Of a DNA stretch of 37,615 nucleotides, positions 1 to 9,585 are shown one piece after another. This DNA is from Acidobacteriaceae bacterium (GTDB taxonomy: Bacteria; Acidobacteriota; Terriglobia; Terriglobales; Acidobacteriaceae): the NCBI GenBank assembly GCA_049680085.1, contig JBAUHD010000168.1, positions 1-37,615 of the forward strand, in the 5' to 3' direction. The notes under the pieces were generated by a model. It worked only from the letters and a program-made list of their open reading frames with translations. It searched no databases and had not been told where the DNA came from. A program made the position numbers and the translations under genes. Position 1 is the stretch's first letter. Each line of letters opens with the position of its first letter.

Positions 1-60
1 CACGTGGATCAGCAGCATCACTGCCGTGTACCCGATGAGAACGAAAGCCAGAACCTTCAT
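1..60 (-). CDS. 5' end of a probable small membrane or secreted protein (partial, runs off the window)
   Basis: Minus strand from ATG at 60 reads MKVLAFVLIGYTAVMLLIHV with no stop; hydrophobic; divergent from the gene at 79. Confidence 0.4.
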   Translation of the reverse strand, partial: MKVLAFVLIGYTAVMLLIHV

Positions 61-64
61 GTAC

Positions 65-73
65 TGCTATCCT
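65..73 (+). promoter_or_regulatory. Extended -10 element (TGnTAnnnT), probable leaderless promoter
   Basis: TGCTATCCT ends 5 nt before the ATG at 79; no Shine-Dalgarno sequence in between. Confidence 0.45.
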
Positions 74-78
74 AAAAG

Positions 79-567
79 ATGAGCCAGATATTTTTAGACT
101 GCGACGGCGTGCTCGCCGATTTCGACCGGGCAGCCGAACAACTTTTCCAACAGAACTCGCGCCAAGCCGAAGCCGCCCTGGGAACCAAAATCTTCTGGAG
201 CAGGATCAGTGGCTGCGGCAGCTTTTACGGCGATTTACCCCTGCTGCCCGACGCCATGCGCCTTTACCAAAGCATCGCGCACCTTCACCCCATCATCCTC
301 ACGGGTTGCCCCGCCGGTGGATGGGCCGAGCCGCAAAAGGTCGAGTGGGCCGCCCGTCACTTCCCCGGCGTCGAGATCATCACCTGCCGCTCCCGCGACA
401 AGAGCCGCTTCCTGCGCAGCCCCGGAGACATCCTGGTCGACGACTATCTGAAGTATCAGAATCTCTGGGAAGAAGCCGGAGGCATCTTCGTTCACCACCA
501 GACGGCGGACCTGTCCATCCAGCATCTGGCCAGACTGGGACTACCTGTCCGCCAATACGCGATTTAG
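79..567 (+). CDS. HAD-superfamily hydrolase, 5'(3')-deoxyribonucleotidase (NT5C)-like
   Basis: Motif I IFLDCDGVLADF, motif II IILTG, K in QKVEW, motif IV ILVDD. Confidence 0.8.
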   Translation: MSQIFLDCDGVLADFDRAAEQLFQQNSRQAEAALGTKIFWSRISGCGSFYGDLPLLPDAMRLYQSIAHLHPIILTGCPAGGWAEPQKVEWAARHFPGVEIITCRSRDKSRFLRSPGDILVDDYLKYQNLWEEAGGIFVHHQTADLSIQHLARLGLPVRQYAI

Positions 568-608
568 CGCGGACAACGGCGTTCCCTGAGGATGAGCCCC
601 GCACCAGA

Positions 609-3245
609 CTACTTCTGCGCAAAGGTGACATAAACGGAGACCGGCCTATATCCGCCGCTCTTGCCGTCGGGATTATCAATTCGGAGCTTATATAAGTTAT
701 CCGGCAAAGGTTGAATCATTGCCCCTGTAACTCCGGTTATCTTCCATGGGGTCCGGATGAACAGGAAGTTATCGCTTGCCGGACGAATGTCCAGATCAAG
801 CGATAAGATTTTATTCTTCAAAGTAAGCTGAGTGAGTATCGCGGCGGTGCTGGAATCGCCGATGCGGGACTGATGTGGCGGCAGAATGAGCGACACGCCG
901 CCGGTGAACTGCAAGTGGCAATGGCTGGAGCCAGACGGAACCACGATCTGAGCCCGTATATGTTCGTCTTCAGTCAAGCGCCGGCTTTGTGCCGGAGTCG
1001 CATGGCCGCCGCAGTTCGCGCTGACGAACTGCGCTCCCAGTGGAATCTGCGGCTGAAACAGGAGCGCAACCGGCGCGCCGTTGTTTCGGATATCGAGATC
1101 GACCGAATCCATTGTCTGCCTCATCGAGAGAGCCAGAGTCGATTGCGGGAGATGGATGTTTGCAACCGAGACGTGGTCCCACTCCGCGGGCAGATGCGGG
1201 CGAAAGACCACTCTGTCTCGCGCCTCGTCCACATTGAGGCCCAACAACCCGCGCACCGCGGAATCGAGAAGTCCGGCTGAGGACCAGGTCTGCTCCGGCA
1301 CCGATTCGGTCTGCTCGCGGTAGTAGTTTCCCGCAAGCACCTCGTGAATGTGCCCGAGCGAGTCGAGCCGGTTCCACGGCACGATGGATCTCCACGTTGA
1401 CCAGGCAATCTCGGGACGATCTTCCGTCCAGAACATAGCTGCGATCTCCGCCGAGTGCAGTGCCGAAACGCTGCCTGAAGCGTATGACCACGGATCATAG
1501 ATCGGCGAATCTGTCGCGACACTGCGAACGCCCCAGTCGGTTCGGAACGTTGAGGACGCGATCTGATTCAGCAGTTCCTCATCCTGCCGCGGTGTGAAGA
1601 TGTCCTGCGTGATCGCATCGGCGGGACCGCTCCGGCGAGTAAAGATCGGAGTTTGCCGTGCGGTGTATCCATTGATCCAGAAGTGATGCGCCGGGTCCCA
1701 GTAATGCGTCGCAATGGCTTGCCGTGCGCGCTGGTTCTCCTTCAACGCCTCCTCCGCAAGCTCCGGATGCCCAGCCGCTTTGGCGAGCGCGGCGAAGCCG
1801 CTGGCTGCGGCCGCCCAGCTTGTGGAAAGCCCCAGGTCTTCAGCGGGCCGATGCTGCTCGTCCGCGCCTTCCTTCCCGGCCGGAATATGCGGCAACCCAT
1901 CGTCGCCAATCAGGGACCGGCAATAATGGTAGGCCGCATCAATGGACTTCCAGTGGTCGGTAGCAAACTTAGTATCTCCGCTCGCCGAGACATAGTGCGC
2001 GACCGCATTGAGATAGCCGAAACTTATGTCCACATGGACAAACATATAAGGATACTTCGACCAGTCAATGTATCCGGCGCTTTGCGAAAGCTCATGCCAG
2101 ATCATCCCGGTCTTCGGGTCCTGATACTTCTCAATGAAGAGAAGCTCGTCGCGCGCCCGGTCGTATTCGCCGGCGGCAATCAAGGCGTTGGCGGCTACGA
2201 GGCCGTCTCCGGCGAAGAACCAGTCATACTGCGGACGCCGCGCGCCCCGCGAGGGGCCATAGCCGGCGACAATTCCGCAGCCGAGCCGGGGATTGCAGAC
2301 CCACGCCTGGTCCAAAGCAACCTCGGCCCAGGCGAGCGCGGAATTCACGTCGGGATCGGGAGTTGAGATCTGCAAAGCAGTGTCTGAGAGGCGCTGATAA
2401 TGCTTCTTCGCGGCCTCTTCTAGCTGCCCTGCATCGCTGGCCAGCGAATGAACCGCCGAGGCCGCATCCTGATGCGGGGAAGCCAGCAGCGTGATGAATA
2501 CACTGGCCACCGCCGCCGAGCCCGGCTCCGCACCGGCAGGCACGCGAGGTTCAAGCGCGAACGAGAGCTTCCCGGAAGGATGAAGCGTGCTGTTGACCGT
2601 GCCATCGTGCAGCGCGACCTCCGGCGATGCGATGACGGCGCGGAAGCCGTGAGCCGGCTCTTCCAGCACGTATCCCGACGCATCCCCGTCCCACGAGGTG
2701 CTCTGCCCGCCCAGCGAACCCGGCCACATCAGGTTAAGCACGGGCTTGAAGTGCACATTGATAAGCACAGGATGCTCTGATCGCACGCTGTACGTCAGGA
2801 TGGCCGCGGGCCGGTCAAGAGGGACGAATAGCGTTTCCCTTACCACGTAATCCGGCCCGGCGTAGACGCGGGTTACGGAGTCCGGCCTTTCGATGATCCG
2901 TCTCAGCAACAGGCGGCCATCTGTTTCCGTCGCGTCCTGCCCGGATCGGAACCCAATCTGATATCCGGAAAGGATTTGCAGCGGATAGGCCCACACCTCT
3001 AATCCCGTTCGGGGATACCCCATCACGACAGACCTGAGCCCATGAACGGCGACGAAGCGCCGGGTATCTACGGAACTCATCTGGAGGGCGGAAGCGTTTG
3101 TGTGGGCGGGCTCGAATGAGTCCGCATCCGCTGAGAAAGCCAACGGACAAACCGCAACCAGAAGCATTAGCCAAAGGCTGATTGCGCGCCAGCCGTTGCT
3201 TCGCCTGCTGCTCAAACCCGCACCCCCCGGTGAAGCAGCAATCAT
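609..3245 (-). CDS. Secreted (alpha/alpha)6 six-hairpin glycoside hydrolase, amylo-alpha-1,6-glucosidase/GH63-like
   Basis: 878 aa; signal peptide; AGGAGA RBS; motifs YDWFFAGDG, GMIWHELSQS, HIHEVLAG, EQTWSS and a C-terminal FRPHLPAEW beta domain. Confidence 0.75.
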   Translation of the reverse strand: MIAASPGGAGLSSRRSNGWRAISLWLMLLVAVCPLAFSADADSFEPAHTNASALQMSSVDTRRFVAVHGLRSVVMGYPRTGLEVWAYPLQILSGYQIGFRSGQDATETDGRLLLRRIIERPDSVTRVYAGPDYVVRETLFVPLDRPAAILTYSVRSEHPVLINVHFKPVLNLMWPGSLGGQSTSWDGDASGYVLEEPAHGFRAVIASPEVALHDGTVNSTLHPSGKLSFALEPRVPAGAEPGSAAVASVFITLLASPHQDAASAVHSLASDAGQLEEAAKKHYQRLSDTALQISTPDPDVNSALAWAEVALDQAWVCNPRLGCGIVAGYGPSRGARRPQYDWFFAGDGLVAANALIAAGEYDRARDELLFIEKYQDPKTGMIWHELSQSAGYIDWSKYPYMFVHVDISFGYLNAVAHYVSASGDTKFATDHWKSIDAAYHYCRSLIGDDGLPHIPAGKEGADEQHRPAEDLGLSTSWAAAASGFAALAKAAGHPELAEEALKENQRARQAIATHYWDPAHHFWINGYTARQTPIFTRRSGPADAITQDIFTPRQDEELLNQIASSTFRTDWGVRSVATDSPIYDPWSYASGSVSALHSAEIAAMFWTEDRPEIAWSTWRSIVPWNRLDSLGHIHEVLAGNYYREQTESVPEQTWSSAGLLDSAVRGLLGLNVDEARDRVVFRPHLPAEWDHVSVANIHLPQSTLALSMRQTMDSVDLDIRNNGAPVALLFQPQIPLGAQFVSANCGGHATPAQSRRLTEDEHIRAQIVVPSGSSHCHLQFTGGVSLILPPHQSRIGDSSTAAILTQLTLKNKILSLDLDIRPASDNFLFIRTPWKITGVTGAMIQPLPDNLYKLRIDNPDGKSGGYRPVSVYVTFAQK

Positions 3246-3360
3246 TCTCCTACATACAAGGGACGAGTGGCTATCCAGGCGGGACGGCGTTCACCGCCTG
3301 AAGGTAATTCCCTTCTTAAACCTAGCTGCCGCCACTGGAGCGCCCAGGGAAGGCCCTGAC

Positions 3361-6300
3361 TTAGAACGCGAGCCGGGCGGAGAATTGCAACCGTCGCATC
3401 GTGGTTCCGTCCTGCGAGGCCACAATACCCGTAATGATTCCGGAGTTTGCGCCGCAATCCACGCAGCCGTTGGGCTGGCCCAGGTTCGGATGATTGAAGA
3501 CGTTAAATGCCTGCGCCTCCAGCTGGAAGTTCAGCCGCTCGGTCAGGAAGAACTTCTTGGAGACCGCCGCGTCAACATTGACGAAACCAGGACCCCAGAG
3601 AGAGTCTCTCTCCATGTCGCCGAAGGTACCGGGATTGGGCCGCTGGTATGGACCCTCAACGTCCCCGGCAAAGGCCAGCGTGGGAACGGGGTTGAAGTAT
3701 TGAACCTGGTGCGCTACCGGATCAAACGATCCTGCGTGCAGGGTCGCCTGCGGCCCAGTGCCCACCGCGTTCGGACGGCACATCGACCCGCCCTGGCCAT
3801 CGATGTCCTGGTCCTGCGTGCACAAGCTGTATGAAGGCGTGAAGGGCAGTCCGCTTTGCCACGTCGAGGTCCCGTTCAGCGAGAACCCGCCAATGAGTTG
3901 GTTCACGAATCCCGGAGCATTGGCGGCAACTGCTTTGCCTTTGCCGAAGGGCAGGTCCCAATTTCCGGTGAAGACAAACACATTGCGCCGGTTGTAGTAG
4001 CTGTTGCCGAAGTCGGCCCTGGAGTCCATGAAGAAGTAATCCGACTCGTTGGCGCGGGCCTGCGACCAGGTGTAATGCGACAGAATCTGGAAGCCCTGCG
4101 AGAAGCGCTTCTCAAAGACAACCTGGAGCGCGTTGTACTTGGTCGTGGCCTGGTTGGCGTTGTAGCGGAAGGACTGCGTCCAGCCATGAGGGACGCCAAA
4201 CCCTACGCCGAGGTGCCCTTGCGCGGTGCCGTCGAAATAGGGCTGGCGCTCATTCTTCGTATAGGGTAGTCCCGTGTCGGGGTTGATCGGTTCATTGCAG
4301 CCAGTGGGAGCGCCGCTGGCTATGCAATCGAAGCCGGCGATGGTCGGCTGATTGACGTCCGCCTGGTTGGACGAGTCGAACATATTGTGAATGCCATGGC
4401 TTCCCACGTAGCCGATCTGCAGGGACATGGAGCGGGAGAGTTGCTGCTGCACCATCAAGTTCCAGGCGTCGATCGTCGGAATACGCATGGTGAGCGGACG
4501 AGTAGGCAGTTGAATCGTATCCGGGAGCGGATAATTGCCGTCCGATGGAATCGGCGGGAAATCATACGCCGGCGGACCTGTGCTCAAATCAAAACCTATA
4601 GGAGAAAAGTTGCTCGATGGATTAAAGTTCTGTGTCACGGCGGTTGGATAAGAGAAGGTCAGCACCTCGCCGAAGATATCGCCTGACCAGCCCATGCCAT
4701 ACGCCCGGCCATAGCCGGCGCGGACTACAGTCCTCGGCATTACCTGCCAGGCCAGACCGATGCGCGGCGCTACATGGGAGTACTCCATGTTCACGTTCAT
4801 ACTGTTGTTGTAGGGGCCGTATCCGGCAATGCGAACGTTGCCCGATTGCAGATCAAGCAAGCCGCCCTGTCCCTTTCCCGCGACGGTTTCGGGAAAGAAG
4901 AGGTCCCAGCGAACCCCGTAATTCACCGTGAGCTTCTGGGTGGCGCGCCACTGGTCCTGGGCGTAAAAGAACCAGCGCCTCTGGCGCTCGGCGGCGTTGG
5001 TGTTTTGAATTACGGTTCGGTTGAAGGTGCCGACATCGCCGAGCACGAACGTGGCATAGCCCAGGCCCTGGCTGCTGGGACCGGCGGTGACGGTTCCCGG
5101 AAATTGGAACTGGCCGGAGGGTAAATTGTTGTTATTGACGCCCACCAGGTGGTTCAGCGCGTAACGTATGTCCGCCCCGAAGCGAATATTGTGGTTCCCC
5201 ATCAAGTGAGACCAGTTGTTCACAAACTGATACTGGCTCTCGGTCTGCTCGTAGAGGTTGGTTGTCGTCCCGTAACTAACCACACTGCTGCCATTTGATC
5301 CATTCGCGGGCACGCTGATATTGAACTGCGGCAGGCCCCCGGTTATAGCCAGATCCCCCTGGTTCACGCCGCCTACTCCAAGCTGAGTGCCCAACGGCTG
5401 GTCGAAATCGGGCCCGACGTCATTGATATTGATCCGGAACCAGCCGAAGCGAAAATCCGTGAGCCAGCTATTTGAGAAGGCATAGTCACCGCCGGCTGCC
5501 ACGTTCTGGTCATGCGAGGTATCGGTTCCAGCGAAATTGCCCAGCCCGAACCCCGGCCCGCCGGCCGCCCCGAAAACAGGGTTTCCGTTCAGATCGGAGT
5601 TGAACCGGGTATACCGGCCGAAGCTGTGAAACTTCTGCGAAAACTGCGCATCAATGCGAACGTCGAATTGATCGGTATTAAACCCACCCGAGCCCGATCC
5701 GGCAAAATTGTCGAAGATGCTTCCATTGCCAAAATTCGGCAGCGGCATGGCTTTGATCAGGGCGACGGCGGGAGCGGATAGCCGGCCCGCCGGGATGACG
5801 TTGCCCGCAAATGCCGTGCGGCCTGTTGTACCGCCGGTGTTGCTTGCAGGATCATAGGCCTGATACTGCGGTCCTCCGCCAAGCGCTGGGTTCAGATAAT
5901 CGCTGAGGTCGCAGTCTCCGCCCGAGGTGCAGGTGCTGTGCGCAGTCGCGGTGGGCACCGCGGTCGTGATCGTGGTGCCGGTCTTCTCCCGCAGCCCCTG
6001 GTAATCGCCGAAGAAGAACAGCTTGTCTCTGCGGATGGGGCCGCCAATCGACCCACCGAACTGGTTGTGGACGAAGGACGGGATTGAGTCGGGCCCGATC
6101 TGGTTGAAGGGATTGCGCGCCTGTTGCGCATCGGAGCGGCGATACTCGAAGAGCGAACCATGAAAGCTGTTGCCGCCGGATTTGGTCTGCGCCGTAACCA
6201 TTCCGGCCACGGCCCCGCCGAACTCCGCGTCATAGTCCTGCGACGTAACTTTCATTTCTGAAACGGCTTCGAGGTTGGGGTTAATCACGGCTACGCCCTG

Positions 6301-6966
6301 GATCGGATCCTGGTTATCGGTGCCGTCTAACTCATAGCCGGTGGCAAAGGGCAGTTGGCCGTTGACCTCGATCTGCTCGCTTTGCTGAGGATTCGTATCC
6401 TGGCCGACGCTCCAGCCGATATAAGACGTGCCCGGAGTGAGAAGTTCGAATGAGGTGAAATTTCTCTGGAGGTTAGGCAGGGTCGTGATGGCCCGAGCGT
6501 TGAGAATTGTGCTGACGTCCGCCCGGTCGGTTGTGAGCAGCGGCGCTCCGGCCGTAACAGTCACGGTGTTGGAGACGGCGCCGACCTGAAGCTGCAGATC
6601 GACCTTGGGCGCAGTATCGGCAAAGACCACGACATTCGGCGCGCTGCTCTGGCTGAATCCGGAGGCTGCGGCGGTGACGCCGTACGTGTCCGGGATGAGA
6701 TGTTCCACACGGTACTGGCCGCTGCCGTTGGTTACGGCCGTAACGGAGGTGTTTTTGCTGATGTCCGTCACCGTAATGGTGGCGTTTGGAATCACCGCGC
6801 CCGTGTTGTCCGTGACGGTACCAAAAATGGAGCCGTAGACCGCCTGCGCGCTCGCGGGCAAAACGGCCGTCGCTGCGAGCAACAGCAGGAGCGCCAATTT
6901 TCCCAGGGTCCGGCGGACAATTTCGTTATCAAGACAGAAACCTCTTCCGCAAAGCTGCGTTGCCAT
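3361..6966 (-). CDS. TonB-dependent receptor, Oar-like, with carboxypeptidase-regulatory-like N-terminal domain
   Basis: Start moved to ATG 6966 because of CAGGAGG RBS; signal peptide ending ASAQA; GTVTDNTGAVIPNATITVT; TKSGGNSFHGSLFEY; NQFGGSIGGPI; AFNVFNHPN; C-terminal RRLQFSARLAF. Confidence 0.92.
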   Translation of the reverse strand: MATQLCGRGFCLDNEIVRRTLGKLALLLLLAATAVLPASAQAVYGSIFGTVTDNTGAVIPNATITVTDISKNTSVTAVTNGSGQYRVEHLIPDTYGVTAAASGFSQSSAPNVVVFADTAPKVDLQLQVGAVSNTVTVTAGAPLLTTDRADVSTILNARAITTLPNLQRNFTSFELLTPGTSYIGWSVGQDTNPQQSEQIEVNGQLPFATGYELDGTDNQDPIQGVAVINPNLEAVSEMKVTSQDYDAEFGGAVAGMVTAQTKSGGNSFHGSLFEYRRSDAQQARNPFNQIGPDSIPSFVHNQFGGSIGGPIRRDKLFFFGDYQGLREKTGTTITTAVPTATAHSTCTSGGDCDLSDYLNPALGGGPQYQAYDPASNTGGTTGRTAFAGNVIPAGRLSAPAVALIKAMPLPNFGNGSIFDNFAGSGSGGFNTDQFDVRIDAQFSQKFHSFGRYTRFNSDLNGNPVFGAAGGPGFGLGNFAGTDTSHDQNVAAGGDYAFSNSWLTDFRFGWFRININDVGPDFDQPLGTQLGVGGVNQGDLAITGGLPQFNISVPANGSNGSSVVSYGTTTNLYEQTESQYQFVNNWSHLMGNHNIRFGADIRYALNHLVGVNNNNLPSGQFQFPGTVTAGPSSQGLGYATFVLGDVGTFNRTVIQNTNAAERQRRWFFYAQDQWRATQKLTVNYGVRWDLFFPETVAGKGQGGLLDLQSGNVRIAGYGPYNNSMNVNMEYSHVAPRIGLAWQVMPRTVVRAGYGRAYGMGWSGDIFGEVLTFSYPTAVTQNFNPSSNFSPIGFDLSTGPPAYDFPPIPSDGNYPLPDTIQLPTRPLTMRIPTIDAWNLMVQQQLSRSMSLQIGYVGSHGIHNMFDSSNQADVNQPTIAGFDCIASGAPTGCNEPINPDTGLPYTKNERQPYFDGTAQGHLGVGFGVPHGWTQSFRYNANQATTKYNALQVVFEKRFSQGFQILSHYTWSQARANESDYFFMDSRADFGNSYYNRRNVFVFTGNWDLPFGKGKAVAANAPGFVNQLIGGFSLNGTSTWQSGLPFTPSYSLCTQDQDIDGQGGSMCRPNAVGTGPQATLHAGSFDPVAHQVQYFNPVPTLAFAGDVEGPYQRPNPGTFGDMERDSLWGPGFVNVDAAVSKKFFLTERLNFQLEAQAFNVFNHPNLGQPNGCVDCGANSGIITGIVASQDGTTMRRLQFSARLAF

Positions 6967-7205
6967 AACTAGCCTCCTGAAAGCGCAAAGAGCCCAAACT
7001 GCTGGAGTGTTTCGGTTTGTATTATTCGAATCTTCTTTCCGGTCCCCCACAGTCAGGCGCAAAGAGGTGCGACCCTTTGGGCTGCCAAGCATCTAAGTAC
7101 AGCACCGGTCTCGGGACGTTCGTCAGGGTCCCGCGGTTGTGGGCCACGCCATGCGATGAAAGCATCCTGATCGCTTCCATCTGGAGTTACAACGTTTTTT
7201 ACTGT

Positions 7206-7223
7206 GATTTGACGGGTCAAATC
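7206..7223. promoter_or_regulatory. Perfect 8-2-8 inverted repeat, candidate operator
   Basis: GATTTGAC-GG-GTCAAATC in the divergent region between the receptor and regulator genes. Confidence 0.45.
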
Positions 7224-7248
7224 CCCGTGAAATACTCGGAAGTCCAAA

Positions 7249-8514
7249 ATGACGGCTTCAAACCTGGCTCCGAAAATGAGCGCGAAGTTGCTGGGGGATG
7301 CCCGATGGTCCTTGGTCGAGCGCATCGCAGCCAGCCAGCACCTTAAGTCTTCCGCGCGTCTGCGCGAATTCCTGTTTTACATAGCCGAATGTGCAATTCG
7401 GGAGGCCCCGGAAGATGCGACCGAGCAGCAGATCGGCGTCCGGATTTTTCATCGCACTCCCGGCTACAACTCCAGCGAAGACAGCATTGTCCGCACCCAC
7501 GCCCGGCTGCTGCGGCAGAAGCTGGCTGCCTACTTTGCGGAAGAGGGGCTGCACGAAAAGTTGATTGTCGAGATTCCAAAGGGCCATTATCTGCCTGTCT
7601 TTCAGCCAGGAGATCAGGAGCTGCAAGCCGCCCATACGAAACTTGTCCTGGCGGCGCCTGAAGTTTCCGCTTCCGTTTCCAAAGCCGTTCTGCCGAGTGC
7701 CCGGAGCCCCAGACTGGTCTATGGTTTGCTTCTTGTGATTGTCGTCGTGGCTGCTGCCGGCGGAGCTGCCTGGTTCTGGCACCCGGTGTCGCGGCAGGCC
7801 ACCGCCAGGACGGCGGTAGACAAGTTCTGGCAGCCGTTTTTCACAAATGATGCTGATGATCCGCCGCTGGTGGTCTTCAGCAATGCGCTGTTTGTCGGAA
7901 ATTCCACCGACGGCCTGCGCTATGCGCCGCAGCAAATGGAGCCGGCGACCCAGGGGACCGGCAATCTTGTGGATACCTACACCGGGATTGGGGAATTGGC
8001 GTCGGTCTATATGCTTACGCGCCTCTTCGATGCGCACCATGCGCAGTTCATCCTGAAGCGCAGCTTGCTGATGACCTGGGACGAGGCGCAGGCGAAAAAC
8101 CTTATCTTCATTGGATCCACTGCGGAAGATGCTTCGCTACGCGTGCTGCAATCCACAAAAGACTTCAGCATGATGGCGACGCCAGACTCGGCGGGCGTGG
8201 TCAATCATCATCCGAAAGCCGGCGAGCCGGCTATGTACTCGCGTCCTGAGCATCCCCTGAAGATTGATTATGCGATTCTGGCGCTTCGCCCCGGCGTGCA
8301 GCCCGGCACTCGCATGTTGATCTTCAGCGGATTGACAACCTTCGGCACGCAAGCGGCAGTGGAGTACGTGTGTCACCCGGAAACCACCGCCGCGTTGCTG
8401 AAGCAGATCACTGATTCCAAGGGACAGATTCATCCGTTCGAGGCGGTGCTCGAAACGACCATTGGCGGCGGAGTGCCGCTGGAGACACACCTGGTCACGA
8501 TTCGGGTCCACTAA
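7249..8514 (+). CDS. Membrane-anchored putative transcriptional regulator (N-terminal wHTH-like domain, one TM helix, periplasmic domain)
   Basis: N-terminal SARLREFLFYI..EQQIGVRIFHR..Y..EDSIVRTHARLLRQKL..EIPKGHYLPVF; TM segment LVYGLLLVIVVVAAAGGAAWFW; divergent from the receptor. Confidence 0.7.
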   Translation: MTASNLAPKMSAKLLGDARWSLVERIAASQHLKSSARLREFLFYIAECAIREAPEDATEQQIGVRIFHRTPGYNSSEDSIVRTHARLLRQKLAAYFAEEGLHEKLIVEIPKGHYLPVFQPGDQELQAAHTKLVLAAPEVSASVSKAVLPSARSPRLVYGLLLVIVVVAAAGGAAWFWHPVSRQATARTAVDKFWQPFFTNDADDPPLVVFSNALFVGNSTDGLRYAPQQMEPATQGTGNLVDTYTGIGELASVYMLTRLFDAHHAQFILKRSLLMTWDEAQAKNLIFIGSTAEDASLRVLQSTKDFSMMATPDSAGVVNHHPKAGEPAMYSRPEHPLKIDYAILALRPGVQPGTRMLIFSGLTTFGTQAAVEYVCHPETTAALLKQITDSKGQIHPFEAVLETTIGGGVPLETHLVTIRVH

Positions 8515-8518
8515 GCCA

Positions 8519-9553
8519 TTACTGGACGGGCTGTAGCTTCAATTCATCGGCAGCGTGGATTTTTGACGCCAATTCCGTTTCCCGCTTCGAGTCGTCTTGC
8601 AGCCCCGTCTTCCGGTAAGCCTGCGCCAGCAGCGTGTGGGTGATGAAATTCGACGGATCCATCTTCTCAGCATGGCGCAAATACATGATGGCCGTAACCG
8701 GGTCATCACGGTGCAGCAGCACTTTCCCCATCTGGATAAATGGCCCGGTGCTGGAAGTATCGAGCGAGATCGCCTTCGTCAGAGCCTGTTGCGCTTCCTG
8801 AAGTTTGCCGATGCGCGTGTAAAGATCACCCAGCCGGTCGTAAGTTGGCGCATAGCCGGGGTTCAGCCGCCGCTCCTGCTCGAATTCCTGGGTGGCGTCC
8901 TGCACGTCCGACTTATTCAGATAAACCTCGCCCAGCATAAAGTGCGCCAGCGGCAGCTTCGGATCAAGTTGCAGCGCCTTTTGCGCTTCTCCCGCGGCGA
9001 TTTCCGGAAGGTTGGCGTGCATAAGCATATTGCCCAGCAGCAGATACGCCGACGCCGAGCCGGGTTCCACGTTGAATTCTCTGGCGAACGCTTCGCGCGC
9101 GTCGTCATAACGCCGCGCATTCAGATAGCAGAGGCCGAGAACATAGTTGGAATCGGCGTCGGCATCGGGCATCCAGTCGCGCACGCGTTCAAGGTAAGGA
9201 ATCGCTTTCGCGGGCTGCCCCATTCGGTACAGCGTGAGGCCCTCCATCTGGATGGCTTCCTTATCGGACGGATCCTCCTGAATCGCCGTCGCAAACGCCT
9301 TCTGAGCTTCGGCCAGCTTGCTGGTGCGGTAATAGGCGATGCCCAACTCGTGCTGGAGACCCTTTACCGGCGGGTGGGCGCTTTCAAGCTGTTGAAGGAT
9401 CGCCATTGCCTGCGCTACATCGCCCTGTTGCAGGAGCGAATGCGCGCGCGTGAGCGACTGCCGCGGAGTCCCGGTAGAAGCAGGCTGAGTGGCCTGGCCC
9501 AATACGGCAACCGGAGCGGCGAGCAGAAAAGCCAGAAGCGTTAAGATACGCAT
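8519..9553 (-). CDS. Secreted tetratricopeptide-repeat protein
   Basis: Signal peptide; repeated TPR-like helices (HELGIAYY, YVLGLCYL, LLLGNML, FMLGEVYL, DRLGDLY). Confidence 0.88.
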   Translation of the reverse strand: MRILTLLAFLLAAPVAVLGQATQPASTGTPRQSLTRAHSLLQQGDVAQAMAILQQLESAHPPVKGLQHELGIAYYRTSKLAEAQKAFATAIQEDPSDKEAIQMEGLTLYRMGQPAKAIPYLERVRDWMPDADADSNYVLGLCYLNARRYDDAREAFAREFNVEPGSASAYLLLGNMLMHANLPEIAAGEAQKALQLDPKLPLAHFMLGEVYLNKSDVQDATQEFEQERRLNPGYAPTYDRLGDLYTRIGKLQEAQQALTKAISLDTSSTGPFIQMGKVLLHRDDPVTAIMYLRHAEKMDPSNFITHTLLAQAYRKTGLQDDSKRETELASKIHAADELKLQPVQ

Positions 9554-9585
9554 GACGCATTCAGCATACTGCGAGAAGCTGTCTC

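Noticed and set aside
6967..7092. N-terminal extension of the first receptor in the ORF track
   Set aside because: A strong RBS precedes ATG 6966 and the extension would bury the signal peptide.
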